Shown in pieces: positions 8,244 through 16,532 of a DNA stretch of 32,000 nt (positions are counted from its first letter, which is position 1; every line of letters begins with the position of its first letter). The stretch is from an archaeon (GTDB lineage Archaea; Undinarchaeota; CAZHTU01; JBDRCC01). The DNA is taken from positions 12,215 through 44,214 of the forward strand of contig JBDRCC010000001.1 of the NCBI GenBank assembly GCA_043822065.1. The letters run 5' to 3'. The notes beneath the pieces were generated by a model, which searched no databases, was not told the DNA's origin, and was given only the letters and a program-made list of their open reading frames with translations. Both the position numbers and the translations under genes were made by a program.

Positions 8244-9283
8244 TCGAGCTTGAACTTCCCCCTCATTTTTGCATACTGAGTGTAATTGATGTATTCCTTG
8301 CGGTCGATATAGTACTGTGTAGTCGGGGCGAGCTTCTGTGCCGCCTTGAGGTGCTTTGTCGTCTTTATGTAGAACGAGTCGCTCCCTGCGCCTGAGCCGT
8401 AGGACGTCATCAGGATTGTCTGGTTTGCGTCTGCCTTGTCAAGGACGTGCGAAAGCGCGAGCGGGGAGCAGCCGGAGTATGTGTTTCCAACGTCCTGCAC
8501 TATCATCCCTGGGAGGTACTGCTCTTCGGTGAAGCCGAGCTTTTCAGCGGCTCTCCGCGGGAACTTACCGTTCGGCTGGTGGAAGACGACGTAATCGAAA
8601 TCCTTCGGCTTCTTGCCTATTTTTTGGAGAAGCGCCTCGGTGCAGCTGCAGACGTGCTTGAAGTAAGCCGGGTCGCCCGTGAACCTCCCACCGTGGGATG
8701 GGTATGGCGCGCCTTCCCGCCTCCAAAAGTCCGGAGTGTCGGTAGTGTATGAATGGAATGCCTTTATCTCGGCCAGGACTTTCTTCTTGCCGATGAGGTA
8801 CGCCGCGCCGCCGCTTGCGGTGGTGTATTCCAGCGCATCGCCAGGGGCGCCTTGGGCGGTGTCAGCGCCGATTGCAAGGCCGTAGTCCATATAGCCGCCA
8901 GCAACGAGGCCGAGGCAGGTCTGGATTGCTGTCGTGCCCGCCTTGCATGCGAATTCAAAGTCAGCCGCAGTCAGGTGCGGGGTCGAGCCGAGCGCCTGCG
9001 CAACTATTCCTGCAGAAGGCTTTACGGCATACGGGTGGGATTCCGAGCCAACGAAGACTGCTCCGATTGCCGTCCGAGGGATCTGGGCCCTTGCGAAGGC
9101 GTTCTTCGCAGCCTGGACTGAGATTGTGACTGTGTCCTCGTCCACGGAGGCGACCGACTTCTCCCGTATTAGGAGGCCTGCCTTGACAGATTCGGCATTG
9201 CCGCCCCATACCGCGGCAATCTCTTCGGCTTTTATCCTAAAACGTGGGACATAAGCCCCATAACCAACTATACCTATGCTCAT
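8240..9283 (-). CDS. hydroxymethylglutaryl-CoA synthase (archaeal type)
   Basis: 347 aa. IVGYGAYVPRFRI N-terminus, GSESHPYAVKP, FEFACKAGT active-site Cys context. First gene of the HMGS-thiolase-DUF35 operon. Confidence 0.9.
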   Translation of the reverse strand: MSIGIVGYGAYVPRFRIKAEEIAAVWGGNAESVKAGLLIREKSVASVDEDTVTISVQAAKNAFARAQIPRTAIGAVFVGSESHPYAVKPSAGIVAQALGSTPHLTAADFEFACKAGTTAIQTCLGLVAGGYMDYGLAIGADTAQGAPGDALEYTTASGGAAYLIGKKKVLAEIKAFHSYTTDTPDFWRREGAPYPSHGGRFTGDPAYFKHVCSCTEALLQKIGKKPKDFDYVVFHQPNGKFPRRAAEKLGFTEEQYLPGMIVQDVGNTYSGCSPLALSHVLDKADANQTILMTSYGSGAGSDSFYIKTTKHLKAAQKLAPTTQYYIDRKEYINYTQYAKMRGKFKLE

Positions 9284-9386
9284 GGAGAGAACTCAATAGT
9301 AAGGAGGGGTTTATATGTATTGTGGATGCCGATTCGAGTAGCGTATGTAGCGCACCGCATTTGCCAAAAGGGAGCAGACCAAAAGG

Positions 9387-9394
9387 TTTTAATT
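9387..9394 (+). promoter_or_regulatory. TATA-like box (TTTTAATT) upstream of tRNA-Pro
   Basis: A TTTAA core lies 35 nt upstream of the tRNA 5' end. The same TTTTAA-type box is seen upstream of all four tRNAs in the window. Confidence 0.5.
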
Positions 9395-9422
9395 CCGTTT
9401 GACTAATCAACTTAGCACCTAT

Positions 9423-9497
9423 GGGGCCGTAGGGTAGCCTGGTCCATCCTTCGGCGTTCGGGACGCCGAGACCCCAATTCAAATTTGGGCGGCCCCA
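9423..9497 (+). tRNA. tRNA-Pro (anticodon CGG), no encoded CCA
   Basis: Manual cloverleaf. Acceptor GGGGCCG/CGGCCCC. Anticodon stem CGGCG/CGCCG with loop TTCGGGA. T-arm CCCAA-TTCAAAT-TTGGG. Discriminator A followed by TTTTTG. Confidence 0.9.
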
Positions 9498-9590
9498 TTT
9501 TTGTTTATCTTAGCCAAGCTGAAGCGCTCTTAAGAATAGAAGGGGGCCGCCTTTCGACAGCCCCATGGGTTTGTTGGGTTTTTGGTTTTT

Positions 9591-10274
9591 TTATGTTGGG
9601 TTTTTTGTTTTCCTGCACGTGGCCGCTGTACTACTAACAAGCTCGTAGGCCCTATGTGCATCTGATTTGCTTAGAATGAGAAGGATTTCATTGGGGGTGG
9701 AAATTACCTCCTCAACTGAGATTCCGGACCGCTCCAGAATCCCAAACAGATAGTAGTACAGGCCTGGTGTTTCCGCTCCTGGGAGCGAAGTTCTGATAGA
9801 AAGAGCGTGAACGTCCGTCTGGTAGTAGAGGATGCCGGGGCGGAGCTGGTCCTTGAGCCGTTCGGCTATTTGCTGGTCGGCGATTACTCCGGTCTCGACC
9901 TGCCCTTGGACCAGGTACATTGTTTCGCCCTCCGCCCAGCGGACATCCTGCAGTTGGGTGTTCAGCACGGTAAGGGAATTGGGGTTTTTCTTGAGCGTTA
10001 TCCTGACGAGCCCGCCCTTGAGGGAGAATGCCGAGCCGGCAAGGGCTTTGAGAATGTTTTCGCCGTATGGCTCTTTTTCTATGCCTTCAGCATACCTGCG
10101 TATTGCAATGACTATTGCCTCCATCGAGCAGCCCTTTATCTGGGCGCGGACTTCAGGGTAGAGCTTCCTTGCCAAGGCTGAGTGGTTAATTATGTCTTCC
10201 TTCAGCCCATCAACAAGAAACGGCTTTGCTTCTATCAGTTCTCTCACCAGGTCAGATACCTTTGATTTTTTCAT
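9591..10274 (-). CDS. hypothetical regulatory protein, possible N-terminal HTH plus C-terminal ACT-like domain
   Basis: 227 aa. The N-terminus VRELIEAKPFLVDGLKEDIINHSALARKL and C-terminus ISVEEVISTPNEILLILSKSDAHRAYELV resemble archaeal ACT-domain regulators. Recognition is weak. Confidence 0.4.
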   Translation of the reverse strand: MKKSKVSDLVRELIEAKPFLVDGLKEDIINHSALARKLYPEVRAQIKGCSMEAIVIAIRRYAEGIEKEPYGENILKALAGSAFSLKGGLVRITLKKNPNSLTVLNTQLQDVRWAEGETMYLVQGQVETGVIADQQIAERLKDQLRPGILYYQTDVHALSIRTSLPGAETPGLYYYLFGILERSGISVEEVISTPNEILLILSKSDAHRAYELVSSTAATCRKTKNPT

Positions 10275-10530
10275 TCCTCAGGTTTGTCTAATTTTAGACT
10301 TATTGAATGATTTGTTTAGTGAAAAAGGTAGGAAGTATATAAAATAGTAGGGTTTGTTTGAATATTATGAGCGGATATCCGGCTTTAATCCAAACAAATA
10401 GTATAGTATTATACATAATTTATGTAATAAATACTATTGTGCACGCATTCGATAGTTAGCAGTATCCGAGAAAATTATATACCACTAGGTTTTAAGGGCA
10501 GGCAGGAAAGATGGAGTTGGGGTGAATTTA

Positions 10531-11991
10531 ATGGATTACAAGATGTACATTAACGGCGAGTGGGTCGAGAGCGCGTCAGGCAAGACTTTTGAGAGCGTAA
10601 ATCCCGCCAATAAAAAATCACTTGGCACATTCCAGAAGGGAACTAAAGAAGATGTCAATGCCGCGATTGACGCGGCAGAGGGCGCATTTGAAAAATGGAG
10701 CTCCACCCCGGCGCCGAGGCGCGGCGAGATACTGTTCAAGGTCGCAGAAATTCTGAAGAGACGGAAAGAGGAGCTGTCCAAGCTCGTGACCATCGAGATG
10801 GGGAAGGCCATCAAGGAGGGCAGGGGCGACGTGCAGGAGGCAATTGACACTGCAGAGTACTTCGCAGGCGAGGGACGGCGGCTGTTCGGGCACACCACGC
10901 CGTCAGAGCTGCCGGACAAGTTCGCGATGACTATAAGGCAGCCAGTCGGGGTCATGGGGCTGATTACGCCGTGGAACTTCCCGATTGCTATTCCATCATG
11001 GAAGGTACTGCCTGCACTGATTTGCGGCAACACCATGGTGTTAAAGCCGGCGAGCGACACGCCGCTGTGCGCGACAAAGTTCGTCGAAGTTCTCGCGGAG
11101 GCTGGCGTGCCCAAGGGCGTGGTAAACATGGTCACGGGCTCCGGCGGCGAAGTCGGCGACCCGATTGTTGAGAGCAAAAAGATTAGGGGGATATCATTCA
11201 CGGGCTCGCACGAGGTTGGCGAAGCCATCACAAGGAAGATTGGAATACGGAAGCTCGGGCTTGAGCTCGGCGGGAAGAACGCGATAATAGTAATGGACGA
11301 CGCAAAGCTCGACCTTGTGGTCGAAGGCATAATATGGGGCGGATACGGGACGACAGGGCAGAGATGCACCGCCGCGAGCAGGGTCATAGTCCACGAGAAG
11401 GTAAAGGGCAGGCTGGAAAAGATGCTCGTTGAGAGGATTTCGAAGCTCAGGCTCGGAGACGGGCTTGACCTGAAGACTGATGTCGGCCCGCTGGTGAATG
11501 AGAAAGCGGCCCAGAAGACCCACAAGTACACAGAGATAGCGGGCAAGGAGGGCGCAAAGCTCCTGATAGGCGCAGAGTTCGGGCCGAAGACTGGATTCTT
11601 CTACAAGCCGACGCTGTACTCCGACTGCACCTGTGACATGAAGTGCTGCCAGGAGGAGATATTCGGGCCTTTTGTCTCGATGATACCTGTCAAGGGGCTT
11701 GGCGAAGCCATAGAGGTTTGCAACAACATCGAGTACGGGCTGAGCTCGTCGATATACACTGAGAATATGAGGAACGCGTTCAAGGCGATTTACGGTATAG
11801 AGGCTGGAATAACCTACATCAACTCATCGACAATCGGCGCGGAAGCCCACCTTCCGTTCGGCGGGGTCAAGGGCACTGGCAACGGCACAAGGGAAGCCGG
11901 GATTGAGGGGATACACGAGTTTTCCGAGACGAAAACTGTGTACTTTGATTATTCTGGCAAACTACAAAAAGCCCAGATTGATGTAGACTAA
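10531..11991 (+). CDS. NAD(P)+-dependent aldehyde dehydrogenase
   Basis: ELGGKN and GQRCTAASR (catalytic Cys) motifs. I prefer the ATG at 10531, 5 nt after the SD-like GGGGTGA, over the GTG at 10522 used by the ORF track. Confidence 0.9.
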   Translation: MDYKMYINGEWVESASGKTFESVNPANKKSLGTFQKGTKEDVNAAIDAAEGAFEKWSSTPAPRRGEILFKVAEILKRRKEELSKLVTIEMGKAIKEGRGDVQEAIDTAEYFAGEGRRLFGHTTPSELPDKFAMTIRQPVGVMGLITPWNFPIAIPSWKVLPALICGNTMVLKPASDTPLCATKFVEVLAEAGVPKGVVNMVTGSGGEVGDPIVESKKIRGISFTGSHEVGEAITRKIGIRKLGLELGGKNAIIVMDDAKLDLVVEGIIWGGYGTTGQRCTAASRVIVHEKVKGRLEKMLVERISKLRLGDGLDLKTDVGPLVNEKAAQKTHKYTEIAGKEGAKLLIGAEFGPKTGFFYKPTLYSDCTCDMKCCQEEIFGPFVSMIPVKGLGEAIEVCNNIEYGLSSSIYTENMRNAFKAIYGIEAGITYINSSTIGAEAHLPFGGVKGTGNGTREAGIEGIHEFSETKTVYFDYSGKLQKAQIDVD

Positions 11992-11994
11992 GCC

Positions 11995-12900
11995 ATGGGC
12001 GTGCTTGCGGGATTTGCAGGAGTTTGGGCTCTGATTGCCTTAGGGAAGATTGTCCAGCTAAAGGGGATACTGAACGAGGACGCTGCGAAGCAGATTAACG
12101 TTTTTGTCCTGATGGTCGCGATGCCTGCGCTAAGCTTCGAGGCGATGTACAATATTGAAAGCTTCACAGGGCTTTACTGGCTTCCGGTTGGCGGGCTGCT
12201 TGTGGCGCTTGTAGTTACTGCGATTGCGTTCCCTGCAGCCAAGATGATGAAGCTTAAGAAGCAGGAGACGGGAAGCTTTGTGATAAGCAGCCTTCTGCCG
12301 AATGTCGGATTCCTCGGCCTGCCGATTATGGCAGCCTTCTTTGGGCAGGCAGGGGTTGAGGCGGCTGTCGTGTACATAATCTCGTTCAACATTCTTTCGC
12401 CGACGGTTGTGAATTACATTTCCGAGTGCTATGGCGGGGCATGCCCTGCGAGCGGAAAGCAGATGCTCAAGAAAGTCCTGCTGTTCCCGCTTTTTATCGC
12501 ATTCATCCTTGGGATAGCCTTCAACTTTTCAGGCATCGCCCTCCCTGAGATTCTAATGACACTCGTTGGCGATGTTGGAAGCATAACCATCCCGCTGATT
12601 CTGGTTTCCATCGGCGTCCTGCTGAAGATGGAAAAGGCTGACGCGTTCAAGGCGGTCGGGGCGATAGGCGCCCTCAGATTCATTGTTGCGCCGCTGGTTG
12701 CTTACGCCTTCGGGGTTTCGGTTGGGCTTTCGGGAGTCATACTTGCGGTGCTGGTACTGGAGAGCGCGATGCCGCCTGCGATTGCAAACCTGTCGTACAG
12801 CATAGAACGGAAACTTGACGTCAAGCTGACGCTCAATGCGATATTCTACCTGACCCTCGCGAGCATGGTTGCCCTGCCAGTCATTGCATGGCTGCTGTAG
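11995..12900 (+). CDS. AEC (auxin efflux carrier) family membrane transporter
   Basis: 301 aa, polytopic. MPALSFEAM and LPNVGFLGLPI are typical of AEC-family permeases. The start is 3 nt after the ALDH stop. Confidence 0.7.
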   Translation: MGVLAGFAGVWALIALGKIVQLKGILNEDAAKQINVFVLMVAMPALSFEAMYNIESFTGLYWLPVGGLLVALVVTAIAFPAAKMMKLKKQETGSFVISSLLPNVGFLGLPIMAAFFGQAGVEAAVVYIISFNILSPTVVNYISECYGGACPASGKQMLKKVLLFPLFIAFILGIAFNFSGIALPEILMTLVGDVGSITIPLILVSIGVLLKMEKADAFKAVGAIGALRFIVAPLVAYAFGVSVGLSGVILAVLVLESAMPPAIANLSYSIERKLDVKLTLNAIFYLTLASMVALPVIAWLL

Positions 12901-12944
12901 GCGGCTGCTAAATTATTTAAATACAAATTATATCTTGGGTAGGC

Positions 12945-13577
12945 ATGTACGCAGAGTTCCTCAAGGTGTTTCTGGCGATATTCGTAATAGTTAACCCCAT
13001 AGGCATACTGCCAAGGTTCATCGCGCTCACTGCGGGCCAGAAGAAGAGCGAGATATTGAGGACCACAAGGGTTTCAGTATTCATCGGGTGCGCCCTGCTC
13101 ATCCTATTCGCACTTGCTGGCAAGTACATACTTTCGTTCTACGGAATAACCACTGACGGGCTGAGGATAGCCGGCGGAGTCCTGCTTTTTGCTGTTGCTT
13201 TCGAGATGGTCTTCAAGGGAGTGCCCAGGACCAAGCACCATCCGGAGGGCGTAGTGTTCAAGGCGACCGACGACGTCGCCGTTTTCCCGCTGGCGATGCC
13301 GATGCTCACTGGCCCGGGCGCGATTACCACGGTCATAATACTGATGCAGGGGCAGATCGGATACGCCGGGTATTCAAGCATAATTGCGGCGATTCTCCTG
13401 ACTTATGCAATAGCGTTCTTCCTGTTCAGCTTTTCAGAGCCGGTGCACCGCCTCCTGGGAGAAACTGGCACGAACGTACTGACCAAGGTTTTCGGCATCC
13501 TGATGGCTGCGATATCAGTCGAATACATAGCGACCGGCGTCCAGAACAAGGCGCTTGCCCTGATGAGCCGCTGCTGA
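12945..13577 (+). CDS. MarC family (UPF0056) integral membrane protein
   Basis: 210 aa. N-terminal FVIVNPIGILPRFIALT and an overall 6-TM layout typical of MarC-family proteins. Confidence 0.75.
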   Translation: MYAEFLKVFLAIFVIVNPIGILPRFIALTAGQKKSEILRTTRVSVFIGCALLILFALAGKYILSFYGITTDGLRIAGGVLLFAVAFEMVFKGVPRTKHHPEGVVFKATDDVAVFPLAMPMLTGPGAITTVIILMQGQIGYAGYSSIIAAILLTYAIAFFLFSFSEPVHRLLGETGTNVLTKVFGILMAAISVEYIATGVQNKALALMSRC

Positions 13578-13591
13578 GAGCTGGGAAATTG

Positions 13592-13599
13592 TTTTAAGG
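13592..13599 (+). promoter_or_regulatory. TATA-like box (TTTTAAGG) upstream of tRNA-Arg(GCG)
   Basis: The TTTAA core lies 37 nt upstream of the tRNA 5' end. Confidence 0.45.
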
Positions 13600-13629
13600 T
13601 TAGACCTACTAATTCAAAGGGTGCCTGAT

Positions 13630-13703
13630 GCCCGGATGGGGTAGTCTGGATATCCTGACGGCTTGCGGAGCCGTTGACCCGAGTTCAAATCTCGGCCCGG
13701 GCA
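13630..13703 (+). tRNA. tRNA-Arg (anticodon GCG), no encoded CCA
   Basis: Manual cloverleaf. Acceptor GCCCGGA/CCCGGGC (A7:C66 mismatch). Anticodon stem ACGGC/GCCGT with loop TTGCGGA. T-arm CCGAG-TTCAAAT-CTCGG. Discriminator A followed by CTTATTT. Confidence 0.85.
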
Positions 13704-13735
13704 CTTATTTAAAAATAGGGGAGTTTAGGGAAATC

Positions 13736-15433
13736 ATGTGGGATGACTTCAAAGCCGAGGTAAAGAAAGAGGTAAATTTTGCGCTTAAGGAGCTCGACGC
13801 GAGCCTGTCAATTGACTCGTTTGAGCAGCCGCCGGGAGGCTTCGGCGACCTCAGCACGACGGCGCCGCTCGTCCTTGCCAAAGAGCTCGGCAGGAAGCCG
13901 CGGGACATCGCAAAGGATATGCTTGACATAATCTCGACCAGGAAACACAAGCTTATTTCAAAGGTTGAGGTTGCTGGGCCCGGGTATTTGAATTTCTATT
14001 TAGATTATGACAAGTCCGCAGGCGTGCTAATTGCGGATGTCCTGAAGAAAAAGGACAACTACGGCAAGAGCGCAGTTGGAAAGAAAAAGAAGACGCTTGT
14101 CGAACACACTTCGGCAAACCCAGACGGTCCTCTGCACGTCGGGCATTTTAGGAACTCTGTCATCGGCGACTGCCTTGCCAGGCTGCTGAATTTTGGGGGA
14201 TATGACGCGTCCACCGAGTTTTACGTTAATGACGGCGGAAGGCAGATGGGAGTCTGCCTCTGGTCGTATATGAATTTCCACGCAGGGGAGAAGCCTGACG
14301 GAAAGAAGGACCACTGGGTTGCCAAGGTCTATATTGACGGGAACAAGAGGCTTGAGGGAAATGAGGAAGGGGAAAAGCAGGTTGCGCAGCTCCTTTTGGA
14401 TTATGCCGCAGGAAAGCACCAGGAAACCTGGAGCAAGGTAGTCGACTGGTGCCTTGAGGGGCACAAGCAGACGCTTGAGGGGCTTGGGATATCCGTAGAC
14501 GCTTACCACAAGGAAAGCCGTGAGGTGTGGGACGGCTCCGTAAAAAAGATGATAAAGCTCGTGGAGAAGAGCAAGAATGCGCTGAAGGATGGGGAGCTCC
14601 TCGGAATGGACCTGAAGGAGCACGGCTTCGAAAAGGAGTTCCTGGTCAGGAGGTCGGACGGGACGATACTGTACGGCGCAAAGGACCTGGCGTATCATTT
14701 TTTCCATAAGGCTGGGCAGGCGGATTGGATGATAAATGTCCTCGGCTCAGACCACAAGCTGTATTACGGGCAGCTGAGGACGGCGCTGAACCTCCTTGGC
14801 GTAAAGCAGAAATTTGACGTCGTGCACTACGAGTTCCTCACCCTGCCGGAAGGGCAGATGAGCACGCGGAGGGGGACATATATCGCGGTCGACGATCTAA
14901 TCGCAGAGGCGCGGAAGAGGGCGCTTGCCGAAGTAAAGAAGAGGCGGAGCGACCTTTCGGAGAAGGAGATGCTCAAGATTGCGGACGGGGTCGCGGTCGG
15001 CGCGCTGAGGTACTCTATAGCCTCGATTTCCCCGGAGAAGCCGATATTTTTCAAATGGGAGGACGCGCTGAACTTTGACAAGAGCTCCGCCCCCGCGCTC
15101 CAGTATACTTTTGCAAGGACGACGAGGATACTTGAAAAGTCGAAGGAGAAGCCGGACCCAAAGGTAAAGTCGCTTGAGGAAAGCGAAAAGATGCTCGTCA
15201 GGAAGATTGCAAGGTTCCAGGAGACTGTTGAAAAGGCGGCGAGCGAGCTCCGACCGCACGTAATCGCTAACTACGCCGACGAGCTGAACACGGCGTTCAA
15301 GGATTTTTACGCAAAGTGCCAGGTCATTGGCTCTGACAAGGAGGCGCAGCGGCTTGCAATAGTAAAGGCAGTCAACCAGGTAATGAAGAACTGCCTGAAT
15401 ATCCTGGGCATTGAGCCGCTGGCGGTGATGTAA
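13736..15433 (+). CDS. argS: arginine--tRNA ligase
   Basis: HVGH (HIGH-type) motif in PDGPLHVGHFRNS and an MSTRRG (KMSK-equivalent) motif. The protein ends in M, as is typical for ArgRS. The ORF track's 13628 start runs through the tRNA, so I use the ATG at 13736 (MWDDFKAEV). Confidence 0.95.
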   Translation: MWDDFKAEVKKEVNFALKELDASLSIDSFEQPPGGFGDLSTTAPLVLAKELGRKPRDIAKDMLDIISTRKHKLISKVEVAGPGYLNFYLDYDKSAGVLIADVLKKKDNYGKSAVGKKKKTLVEHTSANPDGPLHVGHFRNSVIGDCLARLLNFGGYDASTEFYVNDGGRQMGVCLWSYMNFHAGEKPDGKKDHWVAKVYIDGNKRLEGNEEGEKQVAQLLLDYAAGKHQETWSKVVDWCLEGHKQTLEGLGISVDAYHKESREVWDGSVKKMIKLVEKSKNALKDGELLGMDLKEHGFEKEFLVRRSDGTILYGAKDLAYHFFHKAGQADWMINVLGSDHKLYYGQLRTALNLLGVKQKFDVVHYEFLTLPEGQMSTRRGTYIAVDDLIAEARKRALAEVKKRRSDLSEKEMLKIADGVAVGALRYSIASISPEKPIFFKWEDALNFDKSSAPALQYTFARTTRILEKSKEKPDPKVKSLEESEKMLVRKIARFQETVEKAASELRPHVIANYADELNTAFKDFYAKCQVIGSDKEAQRLAIVKAVNQVMKNCLNILGIEPLAVM

Positions 15434-16300
15434 ATGATAGTCTCCTGCGGGCACACGGCTTACGACAATATCTTTCGGCTCAAGGTCCTTCCTGAGCTGA
15501 ACGGCTCCTGCGTCGTCGACCAGTTTGGCAGGCACTTTGGCGGCGGCGGGGCAAACGTCGCAGTGGCACTGGCAAAGCTTGGACTGAAGGTGAAGCTGTT
15601 CTCAACCGCCGGAGAGGACTTCACGGGGTCGGAATACGAGAAGTCGCTAATCAAGAGCAAGGTGGACATTGAGCACGTGACCATAGCCGACGAGAAGACT
15701 GCCGAAAGCTGGATGTACTTCGACGAAATGCAGCGCTACAAATGCTTCTTTTACTGGGGCGCGTCAAGGTTTTTGCAGTACTTCAAGGTCCCGACGGACA
15801 TACGGAAGCACGACTTCTTTTTCAACGCCCTTGACCCGCAGTTTGTCAGGGCGAACATAGGGCTTGTCAAGGGGAAAGTCGCGTTCGACCCGTCGTATGA
15901 CATATACCTCTACACGAAGGAGGACTTCGCTAAGATACTGCCGAGGGTGGACTACCTTTTCCTCAACGAGCACGAGTACCCGATTGTTATGAAGAACAGC
16001 GGCCTGACGAAGAACAAGATACTAAGGAAAGTGGGCACAATGGTTGTCTCAAAAGGCTCCGCCGGCTGCGAGGTCCACACCGAGAGCCATGTCCGGATGG
16101 TCCCAACTCCGCCAGTCGACGTCGTTGACACAGTCGGCGCAGGCGACGCGCACCGAGCAGGCTTTATGGCCGGCATAGAGAAGGGCTACAGCGAAGTGGA
16201 AGCAGCCAAAATTGGAAACTTCGTCGCGTCATTTTCCATACAGGAATTCGGGGCGCAGGCGCGGCTCCCCACGTGGGAAGAAGTCGAAAAGCTCCTTTAG
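15434..16300 (+). CDS. PfkB-family sugar/nucleoside kinase
   Basis: 288 aa. C-terminal DTVGAGDAHRAGF motif of ribokinase/PfkB kinases. The ATG directly abuts the argS stop (TAAATG). Confidence 0.8.
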   Translation: MIVSCGHTAYDNIFRLKVLPELNGSCVVDQFGRHFGGGGANVAVALAKLGLKVKLFSTAGEDFTGSEYEKSLIKSKVDIEHVTIADEKTAESWMYFDEMQRYKCFFYWGASRFLQYFKVPTDIRKHDFFFNALDPQFVRANIGLVKGKVAFDPSYDIYLYTKEDFAKILPRVDYLFLNEHEYPIVMKNSGLTKNKILRKVGTMVVSKGSAGCEVHTESHVRMVPTPPVDVVDTVGAGDAHRAGFMAGIEKGYSEVEAAKIGNFVASFSIQEFGAQARLPTWEEVEKLL

Positions 16301-16321
16301 GCTACTGCCCCGCAGAAACTA

Positions 16322-16329
16322 ATTTAAGC
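16322..16329 (+). promoter_or_regulatory. TATA-like box (ATTTAAGC) upstream of tRNA-Arg(UCG)
   Basis: The TTTAA core lies 30 nt upstream of the tRNA 5' end. Confidence 0.45.
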
Positions 16330-16352
16330 CGGCTTAGTCTTATAGGTATTAC

Positions 16353-16429
16353 GGGCCTGTAGCGCAGACTGGAAGCGCGAGTGGCTTCGGACCACTAGGT
16401 CGGGGGTTCAAATCCCTCCAGGCCCGCCA
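16353..16429 (+). tRNA. tRNA-Arg (anticodon TCG) with genomically encoded CCA
   Basis: Acceptor GGGCCTG/CAGGCCC. D-arm GCGC-AGACTGGAA-GCGC. Anticodon stem AGTGG/CCACT with loop CTTCGGA. T-arm GGGGG-TTCAAAT-CCCTC. Discriminator G, then CCA at 16427-16429. Confidence 0.92.
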
Positions 16430-16519
16430 TAATATTTGTAGGTGGTTTTCTTTGGGGTAATGCATAGACCTTTCTTTTTCTAAAAGAAAGGGATTCGCTG
16501 AAAATCCCTCCAGGCCCGC
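16410..16519 (+). repeat. 18-nt perfect direct repeat of the tRNA-Arg(UCG) 3' end (16410-16427 and 16502-16519) bracketing a 74-bp cassette
   Basis: AAATCCCTCCAGGCCCGC occurs twice. Copy 1 is followed by CA (making CCA). Copy 2 is followed by TTATTTT, the native-type trailer. Confidence 0.9.
16469..16491. terminator. palindromic T-rich hairpin, candidate bidirectional terminator (tRNA-Arg versus serpin)
   Basis: CCTTTCTTTT-tct-AAAAGAAAGG forms a 10-bp perfect stem. Oligo-T runs read on both strands, between convergent genes. Confidence 0.6.
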
Positions 16520-16532
16520 TTATTTTCAGTTT

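Noticed and set aside
9237-9482. 81-aa minus-strand ORF
   Set aside because: It spans the HMGS promoter region and runs antisense through tRNA-Pro. It has no motifs.
10275-10521. Replication origin (AT-rich, repeats)
   Set aside because: There are no ORB-like long repeats that I recognise and no orc1/cdc6 gene nearby. The repeats are short and better explained as operators.
10536-11546. Long antisense ORFs opposite real genes: 10536-11546, 24239-25099, 5665-6426, 14027-14707, 14897-15535, 27698-28354, 29643-30326, 30227-30757
   Set aside because: Their low-complexity S/P/R/A-rich translations have no recognisable motifs. They lie fully inside strongly supported genes on the other strand. 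This is a typical stop-poor antisense frame artefact.
13628-13735. N-terminal 36-aa extension of the ArgRS ORF (MPGWGSLDILTACG...)
   Set aside because: It is translated straight through tRNA-Arg(GCG) (13630-13703). The conserved ArgRS N-terminus begins at the ATG at 13736.
16407-16501. Interpreting the tRNA-end duplications as T-loop introns, with copy 1 intronic and copy 2 the true 3' exon
   Set aside because: At the Arg(UCU) locus copy 2 would introduce a C-A mismatch in the T-stem, while copy 1 pairs perfectly. I could find no BHB at the putative junctions. Strong T-runs inside the cassette would terminate the transcript before copy 2.
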